NCBI GenBank assembly: GCA_010909165.1
Contig: VJWM01000182.1
Location: 248,001 to 312,000 of the forward strand
Source: Anthoceros angustus
Lineage: Eukaryota > Plantae > Anthocerotophyta
Direction: 5' to 3'
DNA length: 64,000 nt
The notes below the pieces were generated by a model that saw only the letters and a list, made by a program, of their open reading frames with translations, searched no databases and was not told where the DNA came from. Made by a program: the position numbers and the translations under genes. Shown here one piece after another: positions 11,901-19,858 of this stretch (positions are counted from its first letter, which is position 1; every line of letters begins with the position of its first letter).

Positions 11901-12611
11901 ACTGGGTACGTGGTGGAGGGCACGCAGAAGTCCGATAACGTGAGCAGCGAGACGGGCAGCCCCGTCTCCCCTATTGGCCTCTGCTTCGAAACCCTGCACG
12001 ACCTACATCAACGACGCAGGGATGATGCCAGGTTGCAAAGCACGCAGAGCGCTGCTCAAGTAGGCCAGCATGCCACGTTCATCTCATCGCCGGAAGGAGC
12101 CAGCCAGCATCCTCCCACCAGTGCTACAGATGCAGAGGATTCCGACATGGCCTCCACTCTAGTGTTTCTGCCCAGAAGGCCCAGGCTAGGGACGGGAAAG
12201 CTTCCAGCAGCTGTTTGCACAGCAGTTGTGGCGTCCTTGTCGTCTCTGGACCTACTAGACGGAGGCGAGTCTCTTCTGACTGGGTCTATTGACTTCTCAA
12301 TGTGGAGTCCAGAGAAGATCCGAGATATATTTGACTCACCCCCTGCCAGTGGTGGCAGTAAAAGAAGGCAGTTTCGTCCTTTGAAGCTACCCAGGAACAC
12401 AGGTCCGTGTCCTGATGCAAAACAAAGTTTGCCCGCCGAGTCCGTCCAACCTGCAAAGATGGAGAGGGCAGGACCAGATCACAGGTCCAACTCCTCAAGA
12501 TTGCTGCAGCCCGCCGCAGGCTTCAAGCCTAGAAGGGCACTTGCTGTCAGAGGATCACCTGGCAAGTGGTCGATAAAGCCTCGTATCGTCAGGAGGTTGG
12601 TACCCAAGTGA
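8931..12611 (+). CDS. Large single-exon ORF (1226 codons), Ser/Arg/Glu/Lys-rich, probably disordered; function unknown
   Basis: 3.68 kb with no stop codon. First ATG at 9000, or an upstream exon splicing to the AG near 8913. Contains a 102-bp internal duplication encoding QVDxPDLDW. Confidence 0.75.
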   Translation: MNIPGSPSKGAAAEPPRCVDQSLMEGRSDSGAIVESQQAKLGSPTKILVKSGPHSSTITFTVDVKGGDVVDESHADSNRGSTPVEVLAGSGSFSGDQTGNCEPVVCNKAKRSVVQRRLRTAPLKTAKVVAFGTKVSPRCRLSSKVGCDPSKSVVARSVHTRDHQKEGDGLATRRVTDKQRRPVKDEKQTRAYDLASKNKGSKKTKCRKCAGCANAMEDTERANDSKGKKCYAVQRKRNGLRLCRSAAPESDGTLGSAVSLLGEIWGTAEFLDRLREAKIKSSELEKLPSSLKVRAQKQLEALEAELYGEQQGRHGQRREEAVRESHRQRTLVDHKETELPPAIPTDCRLVEERRKKELEMHKSRMDKRNMMDHVGQNLWNVLRRGEHGAASEVGTVKSAHQQKTRKTARPSSKEEETTKVRSTKLDEAGRSPTRAVKEKSLFSKQIEDIDFLKQLQASLQKLKEPTKRHGGDHAFVNKVSRNYEVLMKGDKVARKGSAASQRARRNAAASERSCRICPRPSQTSESGDGVVFPDTRNNQNSVTDLGPWNIEKDPMRIEAYEEAKGRHAGVHEERRPQRTTGARNPQTGRKMWSNKGRQVQSSGKLGRNIQSGQRRAHNVEGTRRRIESVSSDIFSEEELCWPEQLGGEGQRQVPSETNSFHMMQHTSSSNEMNDIDLALRRALNLHPVRDAVPLEQFVHSSQEAKGRKACDEARGKQSVAIQVDGPDLDWPSGSDRQQEEGSGGKGEKHFLSTAVQVDSPDLDWASAKGREQGEGSRGSQTDISRENAAVEPLLLTAPQFPRRSGSSWERIWEEVCESIDGELERLAGADSLKALEEVQSSSGFSSVRLLKQIREQAEHFPTLHLTSGDMAEGARHSHCPSRGLSGRRANPSTYETDAPSMDSVLGSLSEQVKELDERLFTATSSAAASSSWVLSESSRRSRLSREDFVDTQLEGSALGKREDTSQQHESLASMLEDCSTVVPRVQVRRTTGYVVEGTQKSDNVSSETGSPVSPIGLCFETLHDLHQRRRDDARLQSTQSAAQVGQHATFISSPEGASQHPPTSATDAEDSDMASTLVFLPRRPRLGTGKLPAAVCTAVVASLSSLDLLDGGESLLTGSIDFSMWSPEKIRDIFDSPPASGGSKRRQFRPLKLPRNTGPCPDAKQSLPAESVQPAKMERAGPDHRSNSSRLLQPAAGFKPRRALAVRGSPGKWSIKPRIVRRLVPK
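11088..11265 (+). repeat. 102-bp in-frame tandem duplication inside the 1226-aa ORF
   Basis: AIQVDGPDLDWPSGSDRQQEEGSGG versus AVQVDSPDLDWASAKGREQGEGSRG. Confidence 0.85.
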
Positions 12612-12651
12612 AATTGCAATCATATTTGGGGCTTGGAGGTGTGGAACAGTA

Positions 12652-14283
12652 TCATAACCCCTTTTTGTGCCTTGGCCACTCCTCTGGGCTATCTCTGATC
12701 CACTTGGTTGCTACCCACTTCTCCCCTTTGATCACCGGGCAACTCCCGTGCAAGGCAGTCTGACAGAGAGACAGGCTGAGAACGTTAGTCATGCGTCGTT
12801 AGCGAGAGGAATGCCGACTTATTTCTCACAACATACCTTGTCAAAGGTGCCGTTAGGGTGCAGGGAGTAAAATAAGAGAGCATCGCCCCGGCTTGGCTTC
12901 ACTTTCAAGCCAATGCATTGCTTGTAGTCGTAGTTGATGTCCATGTTTTGTCCGTTCTGTAAACACACAGATGAACGTGCTCACAAGCTTAAGTGACAGG
13001 CTTCTGCTGTTCGTTACCTGCTAACAGATGAACAACAACAACCACTCAATTCAGAGATGTACAGAGCCTCGGCCTCTTGTTACCTCGAATGGAAACATGG
13101 TCTCTCCACCTTCTTCCACGTCAGATAGGTACAGAAGAAATGATGCCATCTAGAAGGAAAAGTAGGAAAGAGCTGCATGGTCAGTAGTCGAGCTTCCATG
13201 TGAGAGGAAGCAATAGGAATACAAACATGCAATTCACAAACCCTTTGGCTCTTCTGTGGCCCATATTCAGCCGGATTGAAGACGTCGTAGTGACTATTAT
13301 ACTTCTGTCCTAGCTCGTATCTCAAAACATTGAAGGGCTGTGAGTTACAGACATGGTGAGCAAGGTCACAGGTTGGTGACAAGTGATAATAACGTGCCCA
13401 AGTTACTCTGGCACAAAGATCTCAAGTCTGGAATCGATCCACTAGAAAGAGAAAAAAATATAAAGATCTCAAGTAGTGGGTCACACCTCCCCGTGATGCC
13501 TCGGGATCATAGTGGCTCTGGCCATTTTCTCTTCCACCCAAGCCAGTGCCCCTGATTTATCTTGGTTAGCGCTCAGAAAGGTGCCCGAACTGAAAATCAT
13601 GCAAGACGGACGAGGCAGGTGAGTCAAGCATACATGCAACACACATGAGGACAATCACGGGCACAACGATGGAATCACCGTGCCTACCTCGTTCTAACGT
13701 CCTTTGTACTAGCCGCTGACTCCCCTTTCCGTAAGGCCAAACCAGACGGTGACAACCTACTTCTTGCCAGGGAGATGATTTGCTCACACTGCTCCGGACT
13801 TGCAAACTTGGGGAACAGCAAAGCCCTTGGTTTCCAGCTCAAAACCTTGTCACCCAAAATAGGAGCAGAGACAAGAGTAAAACCGCACCAGAATCGCAGA
13901 TCCCCACACCCTGAGACACATGCAGACTCAGTTCAACACGTACCTGAAACGGAATTGTGGTGAAAACATCATCACCCGTGCTTCCATGTTCACCAACAAC
14001 ACTCTCTTGAGCGAGCTGAAGAAGGTTTTTGGCCTGTTGCAAGCCTTGAGGCCGCCCCTGAATGTCCTGCTTCTCGATTGCCTCGGTATCAGCGTGAAGC
14101 AAGAAGGCATCATCCTGGTTCTAACATCCCGACAGGATCGAGCTGATGGGCACCAACCTGTTCACCAGATGTGAAGAAGAAGGCAAAGTAGCCCAGAAAG
14201 AAGAAGCCAATGCACAGCAGAATGACAAGCGGGGACGGCAACCCTCGTGCCCAGAATTTGGATCTTCCTCCTTTGCTCTTCAT
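12652..14283 (-). CDS. P4H: Prolyl 4-hydroxylase (P4H9/P4H13-like), type II membrane 2OG-Fe(II) dioxygenase, multi-exon
   Basis: MKSKGGRSKFWARGLPSPLVILLCIGFFFLGYF (TM anchor), HGSTGDDVFTTIPFQ, FNVLRYELGQKYNSHYDVFNPAEYGPQKSQR (HxD), ASFLLYLSDVEEGGETMFPFE, LHGSCPVIKGEKWVATKWIR. Confidence 0.93.
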
Positions 14284-14543
14284 CTCCGCACGCCTCGTTC
14301 CCTCTTTTCTTTGCTTTTCTTCTTTCCTTCTACTTTCTTTTCGTCCTTCCGTCTACTTCCTCATCGATCCGGGTCCAAACCCAAATCCACATTGGAGTAA
14401 TTGGATTAATTCCCTTCTCATCCCTTCTGAGAAACGGATGCGGTGAGATGCACTTTGTGTGCGGCTGGGGCCGGGGCCGGGCGTGATGTCCCAGCCTGAT
14501 TCCAAGGCACACGCAGGCATGTGCTAACAGGCTGATGTCTGAG

Positions 14544-14687
14544 CTTAAATGTTAGCTAGGAGGCTGATGTATGAGTTAAAATACGAAAAACAAAAAGTCA
14601 GCTAGATGCTATGTGTGCTTAAATGTTAGCTAGGAGGCTGATGTATGAGTTAAAATACGAGAAACAAAAAGTCAGTTAGGATGCTAT
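14544..14687. repeat. 74-bp tandem direct repeat, 2 copies
   Basis: cttaaatgttagctaggaggctgatgtatgagttaaaatacga.aaacaaaaagtcag.tag at 14544 and 14618. Confidence 0.9.
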
Positions 14688-14919
14688 CTATGTGTTTCGA
14701 TGTCGAGCTACATATTGAGGCTGATGTTGTACTAGTTAAAACAATCACTATGGGATTGAGATATCCGCATGGGCGGTCTATGGGCTATAAGGGCTAGGTG
14801 TATTGTACGTGCGGAACACTTTGTGCTCCTAGTGCCTCCAATGAAGACATTTTATTAAAAAGCCTATCATGCAGGGGATAATCAAGGGCCCATCAGGGTC
14901 AAGGTGAAAAAGGAGTACC

Positions 14920-15380
14920 TAAGTTTCCTATCGCAAGTCACCGACTGCGCCTACGATGTCATATGTAGGAAGAGTAAATGGCCTACAAACTATGGAGGAA
15001 GAGGAGGATGCGTGACATGCTGTCGCCGCTTCGTGGATGATCGTTGTGGAGAGGGCCTGTTGAAGAGCAATTGAGACTGTTGTGTGCAGAATACCATCTA
15101 ATAGGAAAAGGGCAGCCCTGTGTACAATGCCTGTGGGCATGATAAGCCTTGTGTGAACACCATTTAATAGGAAAAGGGCAGCCCTATACCATGCTTGTGG
15201 GCATGATAAGCCTTAGCGCATGACTTGATAAATGTATTGAAGCGCTTAGTTAATGCTCCATACATTTCAAAGACGCATATGCAGAATGAATTGCTGGCCC
15301 GCATGTATCCCGTAATATTTCTTGACTTTGAGAGTTGGCCCGCATGTATCCCGTAATATTTCTTGACTTTGAGAGTTGCC
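14920..15380 (-). mobile_element. Older, highly degenerate 3' fragment of the same CRE-like retroelement family, with internal tandem duplications
   Basis: Fragments YGALTKRFNTFIKSCAKAYHAHKHGIGLPFSY and TVSIALQQALSTTI match the element at 15.6-17.1 kb (FSRFVKAYAKAYHSCRNGVGLPLS, RVSIALQRALANAV). 66-bp duplication at 15096-15214 and exact 41-bp tandem at 15295-15376. Confidence 0.75.
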
Positions 15381-15615
15381 CTCCGGCAATAACCCAACTT
15401 GGATAGTTAGTGATAACGTGAGCAAAGCTGCGTGCTGATTAGTGCCGCTTATGTAGGCATCGTTTCTTATGTTTTGAAGTTTAATCTTATTTTCTAATTT
15501 TTATATTTTATAACATGATATTTGAACCACTAAGTACATAAGCATTATGTGTCTTTTGCTTTATAATGTGTTGAAGTTTTAGTGATTGATTGGCTTTAGT
15601 ATATTGAAGGTTTAG

Positions 15616-17096
15616 CGGGAAAGAAGACTTTATTATAAAAAAGAGATGGGAAAAACCCATCCACCCCAAAAACAAAAGGAGAAAAACCCAATGAAGGGCA
15701 CCATGCCAGGGGGACTAGCCCCTACAATCACGCATTTCAAAACCACCAACTGCCCGAAGAGCTTCGTGGTTAGGCATGTGAAAGGGGGACTAGCCCCACA
15801 ATCACGCATTTCAAAACCACCAACTGCCCGAAGAGCTTCGTGGTCAGGCATGTGAAAAGGCCTACTTACCACCGGTGTCGAAGAAGCTGCATCTCCCGCG
15901 CTCGTTGTCGTTCTATACACTGCGTTAGCCAACGCTCTTTGCAAAGCTATGGAAACCCTCTGCCGGAAGAAAGCAACAATACAAGAAAGGGGGAGGCCAA
16001 CCCCATTTCTGCAGCTATGATAAGCCTTCGCATAGGCCTTGACGAACCTAGAGAAATCCTTGCCCATGGCTCCGCGAGTCTCAATGGCAAGGGGGACAAA
16101 GGCGTGGTTGTCCTGCATAGGAGAGTACTTGTGGACCTTAGTCGTTGCACATCCCTCCGCCGCCCAACATGGAGGGTTAAGAATAACATGTTCGCAGACA
16201 CTCTCCCGGGTGGGATCCGTTACCACCACATCAGCAACCGAAACCTAATCTCCCGGGTCAAAAATAGGTCTGCCCTAAGCGAGACCCCGTTGAGCAAGGT
16301 ATAAGGGCGCTCCCTAAATGGAAGGAACCCATCTTCCCTAGCAATAAAGAACATGACATCCTGGACGGCGTCATGTGTAGCGATACGCTGCCCACCCGCG
16401 GGATAGCGAGCCAAGTGCGTCCCAAAGTCATCGAGAGGGGCCCCGCAGCTACAAGTTGAAAGATAGCAAGCAAGAGGATGGACCAAGCTAAGGCGAAAAT
16501 GCATCGCGGTGGAGAAAGTTGCTGGTGCGATGTGGAACGCCTGAATACTAGGTCGAGCCAGAAGCCATGAACCTGCCCCCTTTCCTGAGCAAGAGCGCAG
16601 ACGAGCCCGAGTGGGCCTAAGAATGGAAGAATCCCGGAGGAGGGCCAATTGCGCCTGCCCGTCCTGTTTCTCCAAGAGGGACGCCTGAAGCCCCCGGAGC
16701 CCAACCTCGGAAAGCGATGAAAAAGACGGCATAGCAGCCCTCGCCTCGAAGGATAAAGAGTCCCTGGCTAATCTTAGTGAGGCCTGCATGGGAAAAGTCC
16801 CCTCCTCAACGCCCGCGACAAAAGCCTCCAAGATATTTGAATGCCGAATTAAGGAACGGGAGGACAAGATGGGGCAGAGAGAGCCCAGCTCTCTAAGAAA
16901 GCTTCAAGTGCGGAGGCCTCCGTGGCCAGCAAACCAGTGCCCCCAAAAGCGATGGGAAGGAACGCCTGCCGCTTCGCAAGATCCCTGGCCGCACACTCGA
17001 AGGTGCCTGGGCCGATGATGTCGCCTAAAACTTGCATAAGCCGCTTGTCGAAACTCCTTAGGCTAGACAAGAAAACCGGGGAGGGGGCAACCGAAT
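15616..17096 (-). mobile_element. 5'-truncated, frameshifted non-LTR retrotransposon with a restriction-like endonuclease (CRE-clade-like)
   Basis: Thumb-like FLPIAFGGTGL, Zn-knuckle CSCGAPLDDFGTHLARY, RIATHDAV (RHD/N-like), RADL...DVVVTDP (PD-D/ExK core), FVPLAIETRG, QRVSIALQRA. At least two frameshifts (about 16860 and 16235). 75-bp tandem duplication at the 3' end (15711-15860). 12-bp flanking direct repeat ttgaaggtttag at 15604 and 17097. Confidence 0.8.
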
Positions 17097-17317
17097 TTGA
17101 AGGTTTAGTAATATTTGAATTATACCAAGGTTTGATATGATAATATTTGATTATATGAAGGATAATTTGACAAAAAATTGGAGACTTTATTATGAAAAAG
17201 AGATGGGATTTGACTAAGGTTTTGTACATCTTATTTATTGAATGATTAATGTTGAGGAATTTAAAACAGATATTATCTAAAAATATTTAACTTAACAAGC
17301 TACCAAAATTTATTTAG

Positions 17318-17520
17318 AAAGTAGATAAACTCTCGCTCTATCTTCACTAAAAAGTAGGTTAAAAGTCTCAAATTTCAGACTACATGAAGTAGGTAAACTC
17401 TCCCTCTATCTTCACTAAAAAGTAGGTTTTATAAAAGTCTCAAATTTCAGACAGCACAAAGTAGGTAAACTCTGGCTCTCTTCACTAAAATGTAGGTTAA
17501 AAGTGTCAAATTTCAGACTA
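17318..17520. repeat. About 70-bp tandem repeat, 3 copies
   Basis: aagtag.taaactct..ctct(at)cttcactaaaa.gtagg..aaaagt.tcaaatttcagac starting near 17318, 17386 and 17458. Confidence 0.9.
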
Positions 17521-17625
17521 TCTCCATTCCGGGTTAATAAAGAAGACTTTGGTGGGTAGGTGAGCGAAATTCTCATTCTGTTCGACTTCGCTCGTCCAGG
17601 GACAGTCCAGCTCCCGGACTCGGAT

Positions 17626-17758
17626 CGTGAGCCCGACGTCCATTCGGATGCCCTAGTCTAGGAGATGCTTCCCGGAAGCGGTCCATGGAGCGTGAGCCCG
17701 ATGTCCATTCGGATGCCCTAGGCTAGGAGAGGTTTGCGGAAGCGGTTCATGGAGCATG
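17626..17758. repeat. 65-bp tandem repeat, 2 copies, just upstream of the GnTI start
   Basis: cgtgagcccga.gtccattcggatgccctag.ctaggaga...cggaagcgg..catggagc at 17626 and 17691. Confidence 0.9.
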
Positions 17759-17792
17759 AAGCTGGGGAGGAGCCAGAGCAGTCGGTGCGGCC

Positions 17793-19187
17793 ATGACGAG
17801 AGGGGAAGGCGCGCGCTTGCTGGCTCTGTTGCTCGCTGCTGCCATCTTCTTCCTGGTGGTGCAATGGCGCCTGTTCTCGGCGCAGCAGGATTACAGCAAC
17901 AGAATCGCATCAGACGCCATGGAGTATTATGAGCGGGAGTACGGCTCCCAGGTGCGCCTGCTCCTGGACCAGCTCAGCGCGTGCCAGGGCAAGCAGTTGA
18001 TGCTGGAGGATGAGACGCAGCAGCTGGAGCTCAAGAACGCACAGCTCAGCACGCTCTACAATGGCCTCCTGCAGAGAACCGGGAGTGGCAGCGACAAGAA
18101 GCTGGATCTGGAATCGGATGTGGTTTCCGCCGTTGTGGTCAGGGAATCGGATGTGGTTGCCGCCGTTGTGGTGATGGCCTGCAATCGGCCTGATTTCCTG
18201 GATCGGACTCTGCGCTCCATTCTGCAGCACCATGACCGGCTGCAGCGAGCCTCCAAGTTCCCCTTGTTCATATCGCAGGACGGCGGCAACCCGGATGTGA
18301 AGGCCAAGGCGGCCTCCTTCTCCGACCGCTTCACCTACATGCAGCATGTTGCGCCGACCCCTGCCGTGCCTCCTGGGGAGCAGCCTGCCTACTACAAGAT
18401 CGCCGATCACTACAAGTGGGCCATGTCACAGCTCTTCGATGATCGCAACTTTTCCAAGGTGATCATCCTTGAAGACGACATGGAGCTCGCTCCCGACTTC
18501 TTCGACTATTTCGAGGCCACCGCAGCTCTTCTGGACAGCGACTCTTCCTTGATCGCGGTGTCGTCCTGGAACGACAACGGGCAGCGCGAGTTTGTGCGCG
18601 ATCCGGAGTCATTGCACCGTGCAGATTTCTTCCCGGGCTTAGGTTGGATGCTCACCAAAACCCTGTGGGACGAGCTCGCGCCAAAGTGGCCCAAGGCCTA
18701 CTGGGACGATTGGCTCAGGCTGGCTGCTGTCAGGAAGGGAAGGCAGGTCATCCGGCCGGAGGTTTGCAGAACCTACAACTTCGGAGAGCACGGCTCCAGC
18801 ATGGGACAGTATTTCAGGCAGTACTTGGAGCCTATCAAGCTTAACGACGTCCCGGTGGATTGGAAAAGCAAGGATCTCAGCTACTTGCTTCACGACCGCT
18901 ATCCGGCTCATTTCAGCAGCCTGCTGGACAAGGCTGTGACTGTGTCCGATTTTGCGCAGGCGGATAACATCGATTCTGATGTCAAGATTTACTATGCGAG
19001 TGAGACCCAGTTCAAGGTCCTTGCCTCCCGGTTCGGAGTCTTTCAGGAGTGGAAAGATGGTGTGCCAAGAACTGCTTACAAGGGAGTGGTGGTTTTCAGA
19101 TGGCAAACAGACAGGCGTGTTTTCCTTGTCCCTTCCCACCCTCCTCCTGCTCACAGGCGAGGTCTCCTCACCACCCTTAATTTGTAA
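17793..19187 (+). CDS. GNTI: Alpha-1,3-mannosyl-glycoprotein beta-1,2-N-acetylglucosaminyltransferase I (GT13), intronless, 464 aa
   Basis: N-terminal TM, coiled-coil stem, VVVMACNR, FISQDG, YYKIADHYKWA, IILEDDM, SSWNDNG, DFFPGLGWML, WDDWLR, RPEVCRTYNFGEHGSSMGQYF. Confidence 0.96.
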   Translation: MTRGEGARLLALLLAAAIFFLVVQWRLFSAQQDYSNRIASDAMEYYEREYGSQVRLLLDQLSACQGKQLMLEDETQQLELKNAQLSTLYNGLLQRTGSGSDKKLDLESDVVSAVVVRESDVVAAVVVMACNRPDFLDRTLRSILQHHDRLQRASKFPLFISQDGGNPDVKAKAASFSDRFTYMQHVAPTPAVPPGEQPAYYKIADHYKWAMSQLFDDRNFSKVIILEDDMELAPDFFDYFEATAALLDSDSSLIAVSSWNDNGQREFVRDPESLHRADFFPGLGWMLTKTLWDELAPKWPKAYWDDWLRLAAVRKGRQVIRPEVCRTYNFGEHGSSMGQYFRQYLEPIKLNDVPVDWKSKDLSYLLHDRYPAHFSSLLDKAVTVSDFAQADNIDSDVKIYYASETQFKVLASRFGVFQEWKDGVPRTAYKGVVVFRWQTDRRVFLVPSHPPPAHRRGLLTTLNL

Positions 19188-19858
19188 CACTGTCGACAGC
19201 TTGCGGCCCTCTTCACAGTCCCACCTTACACCTCTAGCAATCTTTTCTCCTGCTCATCCAGGATTCCGCAGCTCTGAACTGCACCAGCACTATGTTAGCA
19301 TATTCCATCTCACCTCAATGTGAGCTGAGAATGATAAAAATCATTTTCAGCTCACATTGGAAAGCGAGAAACCAAACTGCACTGTGGGTTCCAAACATCT
19401 ACCAAGGCCGGACGAGGAGATGCATTTATCCAACATCTCTTTGGATAGGCACGTAGGTAGGTAGTCCATGTTTATCTATCTATATCTCTATATCAAGAGG
19501 ATGACTGGAGATAAAATCCACAGTTACGGCTTTGGCACGACATTTCCGTGAGCTCGGCATTTTGGTTAACTGTAGTTAATCACCGCCTACGGTCTTTCCC
19601 AGTAGAAGTCCGATGTGTCCGGCACCGCCTTGGTGGCAAGCTGCAGTCTAATTAGCGTTCCTGCGCCAAGTCCCCTGATTGTCGCCTTCATTGCAGCTGC
19701 CTACAGTGCGTTCGTGCTCTCTTCCAAGTCTCATCATCTCCGCTCGCTTCTACTTATTTCTGCATCCTTCCCTCGAGCGCTCTTCCTTCCGCGCATCACC
19801 TTCTTCTTGGAGCCAAGGCCTGTTTGTTGCTCTGTCCAGCGGAATTCCACTCAGCAAC

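Noticed and set aside
17910-19190. Long antisense or alternate-frame ORFs over GnTI, PUT, the lectin, PAB and the 1226-aa ORF
   Set aside because: Expected shadows of GC-rich coding sequence, with no independent motifs.
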